Positions 1 to 14,122 are shown, counted from the first letter of the stretch. The stretch is 64,000 nucleotides of DNA from Curvularia clavata (GCA_023920165.1 CP089277.1:806001-870000); one strand, 5' to 3'. The notes: generated by a model not told the origin, from the sequence alone. Numbers and translations are program-made.

Positions 1-175
1 GTATTATGTGTATCATTTGAAGAATATTTCTTACTGTGTAGTTTTCCTTCTCTGAAGTACATCTCCCCATCGAACATAGTCGGTAAACCTTCTCCATCCA
101 AACAAGAACGAACAGCGACATGGCTGCTGTCTTCTTCACAAAGCGAAAAAATACTTCTTCTCTTGGCCCCACACT

Positions 176-871
176 TTAGTTATTCTTAAAAGGATCTGTT
201 ATGATGGTATAAAGTCCTAGAGGGCACTTTGTAACACCCTGCTTAAACTGAAAGTACGAGTGCGGGGAGCACAGCATGCCACTCCTGGTAACCTTGTCCA
301 CAATTCCCAGAGGAAAATAGCACGGCGCGGATTCGATTACTTTACTGGTCCCTGGAAAAAGTTCTTTGATGACAGCCGGCGGCGTGGCGGCTTGGGGAGG
401 CAGAGTGTTCCACGTTACGTTGGGTCCAGGTGGCGGGGCAAAGGGGGAGAAGTACTGAAAGGTGAATTGGCCAGGGCCAAAGCTCCTGTAGAGGCCTGGT
501 GCGTATTTTTCCTTCGGCAAATCGAAAACGAGGTTGCAGGTTTTACCAAAAGCCTTTCTGGCATCAATCTCGAAGACGAAGATGGTGCATTTGTCTCTGG
601 GGGTTACGGCCGCCCACCCATTCGATATGAACGTCTGGTCGGGTCGTTCTCGGCTGACATGAAACATGCTTGCTGTTATGAGAGTGCGATTTATGGGCAG
701 TGTGCCGTCTTCCTGGAGAGGGTTGGCCGGACAGCCCGGGTCAGGTCTGGGGGGCGCACTCATCATCCACACGTTCCATGGTCGCCTTGGTTTTTTGTTA
801 AGATCCTTGCCTACTGCGTTTACGAAGGATATGATCATAAGAGCCGACAAGACAGTTGCGAGAATCCTCAT
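176..871 (-). CDS. Secreted protein with But2 (ubiquitin-3-binding protein C-terminal)-like domain
   Basis: 231-aa intronless ORF. Hydrophobic signal peptide MRILATVLSALMIISFVNA. The segments CTIFVFEID...GKTCNLVFDLP and terminal CPLGLY resemble fungal But2_C cell-wall proteins (recalled, not searched). Confidence 0.65.
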   Translation of the reverse strand: MRILATVLSALMIISFVNAVGKDLNKKPRRPWNVWMMSAPPRPDPGCPANPLQEDGTLPINRTLITASMFHVSRERPDQTFISNGWAAVTPRDKCTIFVFEIDARKAFGKTCNLVFDLPKEKYAPGLYRSFGPGQFTFQYFSPFAPPPGPNVTWNTLPPQAATPPAVIKELFPGTSKVIESAPCYFPLGIVDKVTRSGMLCSPHSYFQFKQGVTKCPLGLYTIITDPFKNN

Positions 872-2687
872 GATGGATGATGGAGTGTGGATCTCGAGTT
901 ACAGTCCCTTTGGGGAAGACTTCATTGCGGCCTTTATGGAGGGTCTACTATATGGGCACTTATTCTGGCACCTCTTTCCTTCAGTACCGTTTGCGAACGA
1001 AGAGATTCAGATCATGGCTGTGTACCGTTTCGCGATCTCACAAAGACGCAAATCTGGTTGCTTAATTTGCCAGATGCTGCAGACATATTTAAAGAGTTAA
1101 CAGGTAGACTCCGAGTCCATGTACAGTCATTGGTAATCATGGACGAGCCACCAGCGTATTCTGATATTATGCTGCAGCACCATTGGTAGAAAAATTTATT
1201 CGAGTATAAACGGTACTCGGTACCTTACGACCACTTCTCCAGAATCACCAGACACCAGCCTGTTAACTCTTGAGGATTCGGAACAATCGACAAAAAGAAT
1301 CACTCGCTGTAGGCAACATCTGCACACAATTCTGAGCTGGGCATAAACCATGACCCTGGTACATGATTGAACAATCATTCGAGGAAACCCGTGCATCTCT
1401 ATGCAGACCGCCATCGAAGCTACTCAGCGGCACATCCACACCGCCATGGTGCTTGCAATAGCAGGACATTAGCGTTCTGGTGGCACACTAACCAACTAGC
1501 GCGACGTGGCTAGTGAAACGTGCCTGAGGATTTAACTTTCCTATAGGCGAAATTCAGGCTCCTCAGTCTGCGAGCAAGATTAATTACGATGAACAGGCAT
1601 AAACCTTATTGGACCAAATCCGAGGCATTCGGTAGTTGCCTAGCGCAAATCTAGAAAATGATAGCTCGATACGAGAAGGAGGAAAGGAAGACAGCGGGAG
1701 CGAGCAAAAGGGAAACATTGCCGTCTCGCCGACGGCGCATTTGTCATTTGTCATAGCTACAGTTTATTGGAAGTCTTGGACACAAGGCAAGGCACATGCA
1801 AGCCAACCCCATGTATGCTGTTGGTCTGGGGGGCTAGCCTTGCGCATATAATAGTACCGGATCTTACCTACGCTTTTTGGCTCTCTATGTATATTACGCC
1901 GAAAGTCGGTCTGACACTACCAAGCTTCCATGTTTTTCTTTCTTGCACAAGACTGAGAAGGATTCGTTGGATGCACGTATAGGTATGTCGATATAACGGT
2001 TTTTATTAAATAGTTACGACCATGTCTACCGTGCGTTATGCATGATAAAAATAACACAGTCTGTGCTTGCGTTCATGAGTTAAGCATTTCGTTAAAGAGG
2101 GTGTAAATGAGGCCAAGACAAGCATTGGTAAATACACCGAAAGTGGTGACACGGCGCAGGGATGCAATTGCATGATGTCTTGATTGGAGGTCGCGTAGAA
2201 TGTGGTGGAATGACAGAGTTTGGGTTCCACGAGCACATTACTAGTAAGCAACGTGAGAGATTGTGCGGAAGTTCTACTGCAGCGGTTGAATGAAAGCGTC
2301 TACTGAGATCTAACGTCGGCTCAGAAATGCTATATTCAAGGCTCCGTAATGAATGACATCCAAATGCTGAAACCTGAGAAGATAACTCAACTTTCGATCA
2401 ACGATGAGAAGCGTGATCAAAGTCAAGAGACAGAATAGTCAATTTCCAGACGTAGAGCACATCAACTTTGTTGAGTGTATGGGTCAAGGTCAAAGGGGCA
2501 CATCACTTGCAGAAGACTCAAAGTTATTTTCCAAGTTCGAATTTCTAAAAAACTTCTCCAACTAATTACAATGACCCTTTGCGATACCAAGGATATAATA
2601 AACCCACAAGCGAAAGACCAAAACCTATGCAATGCGCTCATGTAAAGTCATAGCCTACCAGAAAGCAAGCTTATTTGAAGATGACAT

Positions 2688-3440
2688 TTACAAGAAGAAA
2701 GCGGCGAAAGCACCGACACCAGCAACGAAGCCAGCGGCGTTGAGGGAAGAGGCAGCACCAGTGAACTGAGCAGGGGTGGAAGGCTTGACGTAGCCACCGG
2801 TCTTGGTGGGGTAGCCAGTGCCAGCAGCAGGAGGAACACCGGTACCGGCGGGGACGGATGGGTAGGGAGCACCACCGACAGGCTTGGATGGGTAAGGAGC
2901 CTGGGGGTAGGGAGGCTGCTGGCTGGCAGGGACAACAGGCTTGGGGGGATAACCAGTACCGGTGGGGTAAGGGACGGTGATGGTGATGGTGGTGGAGCTC
3001 AGGCAAGAGGTGGACTGCTCAGCGCTGGGAACCTCAGGGGTGTGGACAGGGTAGCTGGGCTGGCTCTGCTCAGGAACAGCAGGCTTGCTGGGCTGAGGAA
3101 CAGTGGGGTAGCCAGGCTGGCTGTGCTCAGGAACAGCGGGCTTGCTGGGCTGAGGAACAGTGGGGTAGCCGGGCTGGCTCTGCTGGGGGACAGCAGGGTA
3201 GGTGGGCTTGGGGGTCTCCTCAGTGCAGGAGGTGGACTCGGCGGGCTTAGAGACCTCAGGAGTGTGGACCGGGTAGCTAGGGACCGAAGGAGAAGGAGTC
3301 TCAACTGGGTACTGGGGGACCTCAGTAGAGCAAGACTCAGCCGGGGCTGGGACCTCGGGGGTCTCAACGGGGTAGGCGGCGTAGTGGGGAACGGCGGCGG
3401 CAAGGCCGGCGAAAGCAGCGATGGCAATGGAGTAACGCAT
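2688..3440 (-). CDS. Pro/Ser/Thr/Tyr-rich cell-wall protein, probably GPI-anchored
   Basis: 250 aa. Signal peptide MRYSIAIAAFAGLAAA, internal repeats, C-terminal FTGAASS plus hydrophobic tail (GPI-signal-like). Strong C-ending codon bias. Confidence 0.85.
   Translation of the reverse strand: MRYSIAIAAFAGLAAAVPHYAAYPVETPEVPAPAESCSTEVPQYPVETPSPSVPSYPVHTPEVSKPAESTSCTEETPKPTYPAVPQQSQPGYPTVPQPSKPAVPEHSQPGYPTVPQPSKPAVPEQSQPSYPVHTPEVPSAEQSTSCLSSTTITITVPYPTGTGYPPKPVVPASQQPPYPQAPYPSKPVGGAPYPSVPAGTGVPPAAGTGYPTKTGGYVKPSTPAQFTGAASSLNAAGFVAGVGAFAAFFL
3045..3197 (-). repeat. 57-bp coding tandem repeat (about 2.7 copies; PAVP(Q/E)xSQPGYPTVPQPSK)
   Basis: Repeat visible in both DNA and translation. Confidence 0.85.
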
Positions 3441-6400
3441 TTTGAATGTTGGGTATTAGAACTTGGAAAGTAAAAAGGTGGTGGTGGTGAGAAGGTTGGC
3501 GGAGTGAAATTATTAAGGATAGTATTAGTTGGTGGACAACGAATGGACGACTCGGAGGTCAATGGACTTTATGCTCAAAGTTGGCTGTAGAGTGGAGAAG
3601 AAAAGAAGACGGTGCGAGCATCTTGTCAGCTTATGTAGCAGCAGGAGATTGCAAGCGCCGTAGCGCCGACCGGAAACATGTGGCGACTGAAAGGGGGGGT
3701 GGAGGGGGACCGGACAGGCGACAGGGGCGGAGAGGGCCAGCAGTGCAGCTGGCCCCGCGGGCGTCAGGACTAACGCAGGTCCCAAGTGGCCCCCTGCCGC
3801 CAGCCCAGCCAGTCGCAGCGCGAGCGTGCCTTGTGCTAGCACCGCCTGGGCAGCTTGCCTGCGCATAGCGGCGGTGGCTTCTCGTGTTGTCCAAATGAGT
3901 CGGCCGGTAATGGCGGTCTTGCTAATGCTGTTGCTGTGCACTCCCCCAGCCTACCGGGCCCGGCCTGCCCTGTCGAGGTACTCTTGAGCCGCCCAGAGCG
4001 GAAGACGAGGCGTCAAGCTGCTCCCTCTCGAGTCGCGCGTTGGCTGCACAGGGCGATCGCAGCAGGGAATCGCTCAGGGGAAACGTCTTATCACTATCGC
4101 CTCGCCCGTTGAACGCTGGTTCTCCACTGCGATACGGTCGCTGTCTCCACGCGCCTGGAGATCCCATTCCCGAAATAGCCTTCCTGGCCAAGTGTCAGCG
4201 TTGCAGATTGTGCAGGGTGTGTCAGCGTGTTTCTTTTGTTTGCAAACATTTTCTGGCCCACCGCTCCACGTTTGGGACCGCCCTGTCGACTCCCTACCAG
4301 ACCATGGCGCACCTGCATAGACTGGCCTGTCTCATCCACGTCTCGCTCACACGTCGACCGCTACTTTGTGCATGCCGGCACCGATGCAGATGCGTTGCGC
4401 TCTAGAACGGAAGCGCATTGCGGAATGGCCACGCGCTGCCAAGCGCTGTGGAAATTAAGCCTTAGCGGCGTGGCCAGATGCGGCCTAGCGCCTTGGGACT
4501 CGCCTCGTTTCGGTCTTGCCTTGGACCGTCTCCCTCTCCTTCTCGGCCCTCAGCTCATCTCGGTTTACCTCTCCCAACAAGGCCCAGGCCACTAAACCTT
4601 CGCCAATATCTGTCGTCATCGTTCCCGCTACTTCTCCTTGATTGTGCCCTTGCGTCTTTGTGCACCCAGCGTGCTTTACTCTGGGACTCGCCATGAGTTT
4701 CGCCGTCTGCACATGTATAGTCCGCTTCGGGTGCATCTGCACGTGCGCACGCCAGCATTCAGCCAGAAATATGCCGGTGGCCTTCGGCGACGGCGTCGAC
4801 ACATCCTTGCCAGTCACATTCTTCCGCCAACTAATCAATGTAGATCGTACGGTTCTCCATGCCAGCAGTCTGCCTTTTCGGGCATATGATGACATGCCTC
4901 CTTGACAACCGAAATAAGGCGGTCAGATCATCCAAGGTCGTCTCCACATGGCGATTGGTGGCCACCAGCCTGCTCGTGATCAGCAGGGGTCGCCCCACAA
5001 CTCACCTTTGGCATCCCCTTTCCGCTTACTGGGATTTGATTTCGTGCTTACTACTAGGAGCTCACTGCCCATTACTGGGACAACCTCACCCTCCGTTTTC
5101 TTCGCGCCTGTTACTATACGAAGCCCCATTTTGTTCCTAAGATCCTCGGCTGGCATCCATGTTCAAGCACGGCAAGCTGATGCGATATGCAATATCCAAA
5201 TCTCCCTAACCAACGATCACCGCATACCATGGAACAAAGACTTCGCACCTCCACTCTTGGTCCACCGTTATTACGTTGCACTCAACATATGCCTGGAATT
5301 GGCAATGCCAGGCATCAAAGACACCATGCTTCCGTCTGCCTAGACTGGACATAACGGAACCTTGTTGGTCCTAAGCCAGATCATGTGACCAGAGCGCGGC
5401 TATGCACATCCACTCTACGGCACTAGCCCACTCAGATGAGTGCGTAATGCTGTGGGCTCTAGAAACCATTAATGGATAGCACACAAAAAGCAGTTATCCA
5501 ACGGCCGATCTCGATGATGTCACGCATACTCCACCGCGGAGATCGAGAGTAGGACTGGCCATTCATCAGCAGGTCGAGATTCAACCACAATCACGTTCAG
5601 GATAGCCCACCGCAGAGAAGAAACGTGGTACACTTTTTTATCGGTGACCTCACATACCCAGTGCTGGCTCGATCTGCTGATCTGATACTGAGCTCAGCTT
5701 TGCACGTCCGTGTGCTGTCTCAACTAAATTGTTCTATAGCATAAAACCGCTTTTGTCACAATTATCGAATCCATCACCGGCTTCCAGCAATGAATTCTGA
5801 TACGAACAGGACCGTATATTGGCACTAGCTTCCCTTCTTTATTGTACATACATAATTCACGACAAGCTACCAAGAAAGCAATGAAACCCAGGATCCACCG
5901 ACTTCCTTCCAATAGTCCAACATCCTCTGAAAGCCCGGGACAAACCTGCAAAGGCTACTATATACACAACTGACGGGATTACTCTTCTATGAACTTTTTT
6001 GCACATCCTTCCGCTGAAATGCTAGTTTCACACCGGAAGAATATCCAGATACGGGTTCATTAGCTCTCGGCCGTCATTAACAATCAGCGTGGATACTACA
6101 AACTCCGAAATGACACATTCTTAATAAGAGGCTGGGAAAGAAAAAGAGCAATGTTCGGCAGTTTCACGGTTTCCCTACATTATGTGACATTTCTGAGACT
6201 GGTATGCTTGAACTTTTAGTGATGCGACACCTAGGGGTCCTTCTAGATGATTGTTGTCTTGCTGCTTTCTCTACACGCCCACGCATATTTGTCTTTAGCG
6301 ATCTCCCGTAGATCATTGGCCGCACGCGCTGCTCACTTTATGCAAGAGCTTTGCTCCAAGAACCGCCAGCTGGAGACCTTTAGCATATTGTCTCATTATG

Positions 6401-8020
6401 GGAATACAATACGACCAACGCTTTTCTACTGTTCCACCACCACCTTCGCGCCCTGCGATCACATAATCACAGTGTGTCAGCGCACCATCTTCTATGTGGT
6501 CTTGGTTAAAATACTGAAGTTTGCAAGTGATCTGAAAACTTCCGTTTTCACTCTTCCGCATACCTGAATGTGCTCCAGCACAGGGGCATACTGTGGTTTT
6601 GTTGCTTTGAACTGACAGCTTACCACAATGCGCACACTATCTAGCAGAGAACGTTACCAGCAAGAAAAATCACTATCCATTCATCAGCTACTGCTTTTCT
6701 ATCTCTCATGTCATCGATGATTGACGCTGGGCACTGGAAGAACCTTCCTTCAAACACAATATGAAAACAAACACGTATCTGCACTAGCCGCCCCAAGCCA
6801 TTCAGCCAGCAATAGAAGACGCAGAACAGGGTTACTCGGAACATAGTCGAGCATACATGAGACAACTCGATTCTTTTGTTCTCACAACCGTTTTTACCAT
6901 AAAAAATCCCAACGGACACTCTTTTGTCGACCGAACGGGCCAAGGGAAACCCCAACGGAAAGAAGAAACGAGTTGCGCCAACCAACGTCGATTTCCGTGA
7001 GGCAGTTCTTATTCTATTAGCTTGAATTCTGCTCAACCCAATGCAGAATGGATGAGGTTAGATGGACTCTGCGGACCGTATCTACGGACGCTATTTTGAT
7101 TCACTTCTGTTCACGACAATCGGGTAATGAGTATGGGGTGTGGAGTGTATTCAGCGACAGATGGAGTAAGAGGAAGATTTCTTTTGTTTGCAGCCTTACC
7201 AGCAGGCACCACTAGGATCATCAAAGACCCGAGTCCCATTGTATTAACGGAAAAGTACTAATGTCGTTACATAAGCCTTCTGTTTGACGCCTGCATCACT
7301 CCAGTCGTGCCCTCACTCATTGAGAGGACCTCAATAGTCATGCAGAAGAAAAAATAGAACCGTATTTCAACTATTCCATGCACACAACACACGCTATCTC
7401 TCTCTTACACAAATAGTCACACACATGCTTACATTCCACAAACAACACACGCTCTCTCATCCAAAACACATGGATGAAAATGAGCCACAAGATGCTACAG
7501 CACACACCCATCCAAGAGACCCACCAGACGCCATGCTAATACGCACATACACACATGTACACTTGAGTTTCTCCTCCCCTCAGAAGAGAAAGAGTAAAAC
7601 AACACGTAGAAGAGAAAGAAAAACCCCCCGCCCCTGCTCTCTCATTCCTCCAATCATACAGTCAATAAAGACGTGAAAAGGAAAAACGAGAGATATAAGA
7701 TGTATAAGAAATAAGAACCCTCTCTGCCTAGAAAAGAGGGGTAAAAGGAAAAATGGACATTTGTTCTGAAACGCCTTCTCCCACCTTACTATGTCACTTT
7801 CTCGAGTTGAGAAAAGCAAAAGCAAGAAAGAAAGAGAAAAAAAGAACAATACTCAAACCATCTCTCATCCCGTTTCCGTCTCAAGTTTCTTTCGACCGTT
7901 TCGCATGTTTTTTTTTCAAAGTTGCTGTGAAACATTGGTTTGTTCCTTTGTCCCCATGCTATGCTCGGGGGAGAAAAAAAAAACACAAAATACCCTCCTA
8001 CTCCCCTTTGGAGTCCTAGA

Positions 8021-11000
8021 CTACGCCTTCATCTTGCCCAAGAAGCCATCAAGGTCAAACTCCTCGTCATATTGTTTTTCGTCCCAAAGATCGCCCAGTT
8101 CGTCCAAGAAGCCCTTCTTGCCCTTTTCTCTAAGCGCGCCCGTGGCATCGACGGCGTCGTTCTCGTCGATGTTTGTGCCGTCGTCCTTGGCGTTGGACGG
8201 TGGTGGAGGTAGGGAAGCCGGGTCGTTGGAGTCGGCTGAGACGTTGAAGAGGTCGAGGATTTGATCTGTTTGCATGGATTGGAGGCCCGCGTTTTGCTGG
8301 TTGACGACTGTGGAGGCAACGTCGATTTTGAATCTCTGGAGACTGTTGTAAAGTTAGTTAGCATGTGTGTTTGGGCATGGGGGGATTGGTTGGTTGAGGT
8401 GTACGTACTTCAAGATCTTTTCCTCCAAGGTACCGCGCGTTACGATGCGGTAGACGTTGACTACCTTCTTTTGACCAATACGATGCGCGCGGTCCATGGC
8501 TTGAATGTCCTTTTGCGGGTTCCAGTCGTGTTCGACGAAGATGACGGTATCGGCACCAGTTAGGTTGAGACCGAGACCACCGACACTGGTGGTGAGGAGC
8601 AAGACGTCGTATGACGGGTCGGTGTTGAATTTGTTGACAATCTCTTGTCGCTTGGTAGCTTCGACGCCACCGTCCAAGCGCATGAACTGGACGGATGGTA
8701 GCAGCTTCTCCAGCACGTTGTGTTGTACCATGTCAAGCATCTCCTTCATTTGACAGAAGACGAGGGCACGGTGCTGCGAAACGGCTTCTGGTAGATCGCC
8801 GTTCGCATTTGCCGACTTGTCGGTTACAACGTCTGAGGCGCCGATGCCGCAGTCTACAAGCAAGTCCTTGAGAGCCCCAAGCTTGGGTGCGTGTGCAATG
8901 TCATCGATCGTTGTGTTGTGCTTCTTGAGGTACTGTTGAGTCGGCTCATAGGCTTTGTGAGTGGGGCCCTTAACAACAAGTGAAGGGGAGTTGCAGAGTT
9001 TCTTCATGTACTGCAAAGCCTGGAAGATGTGTTGCTTGCTCTCGCGATCAGCGTTGCCCGCCTTGGACTGGATTTCCTTGCCTTGACGCTTGGTAAAGTC
9101 GTCAAAGAGGTTGCGCTGGAGCTCGGAAAGATCACAGTAGTAGTTCTGTAGAATCTTAGGTGGCAGATCGTCCAAAACCTCTTCCTTGAGACGGCGAAGG
9201 AGGAAGGGAAGCACCTGCTTGTGTAGGGCTTCAACAGCCAAAGCACCTCGCTCTTGCTCCTTTGAAGAGCTTTTGGCGAATCGAGACGCAGCAATAGGCT
9301 TGGCAAAACGCTCCTGGAAGACCTTCTCTGTACCAAGAAATCCCGGCATGAGGAAGTCAAACAGAGACCACAGTTCAAGAACGTTGTTCTGAATGGGGGT
9401 ACCAGAAAGGATGAGGCGGTGGTTCGACTGGAACTGCTTGACAGCCTGGCTAGTCTTCGACTTTGAGTTCTTGATCAAGTGTCCCTCGTCGAGAACGCAG
9501 TAGTTCCAATTGATGGGCTTGAGGATGTCGGCGTCGTTACGGCAAATGTCGTAGGAGGTAATGACAATGTCTACTTTGTCAAGGTCATTCCTGTACTGAC
9601 TCCGAATCGGCGGCGAGCCCACGTAAGCGACACAGCTCAGGAAAGGCGCGTACTGTCGAATCTCCTGCTGCCAGTGGCCAGACAGCGTAGGCGGGCAGAC
9701 GATGAGAGATGGTAGGCGACGGAAGTTGGGATCACCAGATTTGGCGAACTCGTCGGCGCGTATGTGATGGTCACTGGCCACCATGCAAAGGGTTTGTAAT
9801 GTCTTTCCAAGACCCATGTCGTCGCAGAGAATGCCATGAAGGTTGTATCGGTTGAGGAATGCCAACCAGTTGACACCGTCTTGCTGGTAGGAACGGAGCG
9901 TCGCCTTGATGCCAACAGGAATCTCGAAGGGCTCCACTTTCTTGGCGTCGAGCATTTGAGCGACAAACTTGCGCTCGCGGTCTCGTCCTTTGAGCAGAGA
10001 ATCCGGAAGACCTGGCGGGTCCGGAATACCCGACTCGAGCGGAACGAGTTTGACGAGTGTAGCGAAGCTGGTCGTGGCCAGTAGTCGGACATCATTGTCT
10101 GAATCGCTCATACGACCCAGGACAGGAGTGATGAGGAATATAACATATGGCAAGATCGCATCGTCCATGACGTGAATGAGGTGATAGATACACTCAATCG
10201 CACCCTGACGAGCATGGACGTTGCCACCATCGCTGATAGTTGGAAGCACACTCTCGACCAGCATCGTAATGCCTTCGACCGACATGACACTGCAGATGGT
10301 GGCAAAGCACTTCGCGGCTGCGTATCGCAAGACGTATAGTTTGCTCTGCAAAGCCCTGGCGATGAGTGGAAGGAGTTCCTTGACGAAACCCCTCGCACTT
10401 GGATGCAGTTTGCCTACTAGAGCACGTAGAGTTGACAGTCCATCGACGACTTCTTGACCAAAAACGCCGTCTTCGTTGAGGATCTGGGGAGGGAGTGATG
10501 GCTCGGTGAAGGCCTCTTTGATTGGGCGCTCAATGAGATCCTTCAAGATAGGCACCTTATCGAAGATCTCAGCGCCGAAGCGTTCGACGATCTGTTCCAG
10601 GCCCTCGCGTGCACCACGCTTGGTGATCCGAGCAGCCCGTGACTCTTCTGCGAATCGAGCAGCGTCTGGATGGTCGCGTACGTCTTCGTCCTTCTTGAGT
10701 GTAAGGATTCCGGTTTCAATATGGGATTGACCGGCGAATTCAGGGGTCTCTGCTGTCTCCATGCAGTAGAATTTGACCAAGTTGCCGACGACCTTATTCA
10801 CCACACCAGACCTCTTGGCGTTAACCAAGTAGACTATGTAGCCAGCAACAGCAGCCGCGGAACGTTTCTGCAGTTCGACATTTTCCTCCTTCTTGATACT
10901 ATCCATCATAGCCTTGATAGGCGGCGATGGCTTCTTAGGAGGTGAGTTGAGTGCTACGAGGGCGCCAGCAGCAGCGGCCTTGATTCGGATGTCGCGCTCT

Positions 11001-14000
11001 TCTTTGATGTCTTTGGCTTCCTGGATACTAGCTTCGACCTCTTTGCGTGTCGTCTCCAGATTAGCTGCGGCGACCATGCGGGCGGAAGGCGTCATGGCCT
11101 TCTTGAGTTTCTCGAACTGCACAGTAACGAGCTTTTCTGCATCCGCAACTCCGAAGGCGTAGTTGTTAGTAAATGGCAAGCCTTGAACTATAGTAGAGAG
11201 ATTTGGCAGGTTCTGCACATGTGCTTCTTGGAAGATGTGGAGCAGCGAAGAACATTGCGTTCGAACAATCTGCAGTTTCGGGACAAGATCCTCGTAGGCC
11301 AAGGGTCTCTCGCCTTCTACCATGGGCAGCAGGTGTTGTACAAACAATTCCGCCAGTGCATCCTTGGTTGTTATGTTCTTTCCAAATTCCTCGATGATGA
11401 TGGCAGCCGTCAATTGCGTCGTGGAGTTGGGCGAGGTCAACGGGCTTACCAGCCTAGACTTGAAGGCCTGAAGTCGCGACTCTTCAGGCCAAGCACCCAT
11501 AGCCATTCCGAGAGCTTGGGCTGCAGAGGTTCTGGACCTGATCATGACATCCGCTCCAATGAGTTCAAGATCGCCAGTGATCATATGTCCGTCGACGTTG
11601 TGAGATTGGGAAGATGGTGTTGGCGTTGACATGTCTTCTTTTCCAGGACGAGACTTCTTCCTCCTCTTCTGGGCTGGTTCGCCGCTATCCGGAGGTGTTG
11701 ACTTGCGGCCTGACTCGGTGTTTGGTGGTGGGCCCATGGCCTGGCCTGACGGTTTGATAAGAAGCGACTTATCCAAGGATATTGGGTGGCGTGAGACTCC
11801 GATAGGCGTGAGTGTCAGTGGAACAATCGCGTCCAGGACAGGTTCGAGATGAGTGGGTAATTGACTACCCAGACTTGCAACCACAGCATTCCAAAGTTGC
11901 ATTGAAAGCTTCAGGACGCCTTCGTTGCGTTCGAGGAGTATGTTCTGGAATATCAACTGCAGCGCTTTGCTGTCTATCCAGCCATCTGAATCTTGGCTCT
12001 GAATGTTGAGGAATGTAATCAAAGCACGCAACACAGCCGCGCGAACGCTCGTAATGGTATGTCGTAGGAAGGGGAAGAGTCGCGGAACAAGTTCGTGGAA
12101 TGACTGGGTTGGATCTTGACGGGCGTTTGCTTGCATTGCTTCGAGGACTTGGGGGAAACTGCAAAGCTTAGCCAGCAGGTCCATGATGAAACCGGTACTG
12201 GCGCTGAGATCATCCTGCAGACTGGACAGGCATGACCAGACAACGTTCATTAATCCTTCGAGAGCCTTGGGTCGCATCTCGATGAACTCCTTTACCACGG
12301 GGATCAGGGTCGCGGCACTGATGGCGCGAACATCGTCATCATCGTTGCTCAGGCCATTAATGACTGCAGCGAGCACGCCGTCCATCAAAGTGTCATCCTT
12401 GAGGAGCAAGTCGTTTCGCACAGCGACAAGGTAGCGCAGACCGATCATACCACCTTGGCAAAGGGCCCAAGGTGCACTGAGGGGGTTGGTGTCAACAGGC
12501 AAGTCTTGATTCATGATTAGGCGATTGAGGACTCGGAAAGTCGCGAGCACGTTCTCGCCAGTCATGTACTGCAGTAAAGAGCCGAGTGCTTGTCCAGCGG
12601 TTTCACGTATTGGTGCAATAACATTATCACCAGTGAAATCTGCAAAGCGATCGAGCATGAAGACGCAGATCATGCGGCATGCCAAATCGTTGAGCCATTG
12701 TTGATTGAGCTGATCGTTCTCGGCTCGACTGAGCCCTTTTCGCCTCCCAGCGCCGGCGCCGTGAATACGGAGGATTTCTCGTAGACCCATGGCCGCCCCA
12801 TGACGCACCTCCCAGGTGAAGTCAAACAGTTCGACAGCAAGATACGAACACACGCGTTCGAATGGCCATTCCAGTCCAGCCTCCTCAGCCTCAGTCTGAA
12901 AAGACGACTTTTCTGGTACAGGTGCGCCCTTGAACTCCTTGACAAACTTGGCATCGTCATCTCCGCCATTGCGCTCAAGTGAGAAGTAGTCACTGACATT
13001 GTTCTCGCCATCATCCCCATTCTCAGATTTTTCGAGCTTCACGGCAACTGGGTGCGGGCGACTAGGCGTTTCAGCGAGCTCAGACTGCGAGTCCTTTCGC
13101 GAGTTTGCGTTGAAATCGACAATTTGAACCTTGTTAGCACCTCCAGCTGCGTTCTTCTTCTGCTTTCGCTTGAGCGCATTTTGTTGCCTCTTGCTCAGTC
13201 CTTGGCCATTGGGTGTGGCCAAAGCAGGAGGGGGCGAGGAGGCTAGATTTGTGCTGTCGGCTCGTGGAACATTTGTATCTATGCGGCTTGGAGCGGGTGT
13301 CTTGGGCCCAGGTGTCTGAGGCACAATTTCTTGTGGTGGTGTGAGGTCCTCTGTCCACGGTCCTTCAAAGCCGAGTCGCTTAAGGAGTGTGCTCTTTTGG
13401 TACTCCAAGCGTTCAGCAGGATCCATGGCTGCTAGCTTGTAGTCATGTTCTTTTGCACCAGAAGATGCCAAGACCTTGCCAAACTTGAGAATGGAAGGCA
13501 AGTCAAGCGTAGCAAGATCGAGTCCGCGAGCCAAGGGCGGCAAGGCACTATCGCCATTTTCCTCTTTCTTGACAGCGCCGTTGCTGTCTTCTGATTTTAC
13601 GGCATCATTCGTCTCCGACTTGACATTGGGATCGTTGGTTTTGTCTTCGTCCTCGGCATTAGGGTCAAACTTGTCGGCATTGGAGGCGATGCCGCCTATG
13701 GCCTTTGCAGCGGCCACTCGGGTTTCCCAGCTCTTTGATCTTAGGTAGGGGATTACGCGTGTGAGAAGATTGAACAATTCATCGGGATGTTGCTTCTGAA
13801 CATCGGCGAGCTGGTCGGCTGCCGTGTTCCGGATCAGTGCTGTGCTGCCAGTCTCGAGGAGCCTTGGCACGGGTTAGCGAGCCGTCGACAAGGGCGGAGA
13901 ATGGCAATGCCGTCCAAGCATCCATCCATGACGACATGGCAGACTATGGCAGACGCTGTATTCTTTTTTTTTCGCTTTGGCTTTGAGCATGCAATCAAAG

Positions 14001-14122
14001 GCATGGACAAGCTGGGCAAATGGGGCGCATACTTACGTTACGAGACGGTCCAATCTGGTGGCACTATGGCAGCGTTAGCGCGACATGCATGCAGCAGCGG
14101 TGGGATATGTGACAAACCTCAT
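8021..14122 (-). CDS. MOT1: TBP-associated Snf2-family ATPase Mot1/BTAF1. Exons 14122-14118, 14063-14037, 13862-8409, 8342-8021
   Basis: HEAT-like N-terminus (spliced start MSATRLDRLVTLLETGS). Snf2 motifs LCDDMGLGKT, LDEGH, LILSGTPIQN, GGLGLNL, QAMDRAHRIGQ. GT-AG introns with CTAAC branch points restore the frame (EEKIL-NLQRFKIDVA) through to the acidic C-terminus. Confidence 0.96.

Noticed and set aside
2648..3562. Overlapping alternative-frame and antisense ORFs on the cell-wall gene (similarly on RPL4, MOT1, PRP45 and the decarboxylase)
   Set aside because: Shadow ORFs expected from strong codon bias and high GC; none has a recognisable motif.
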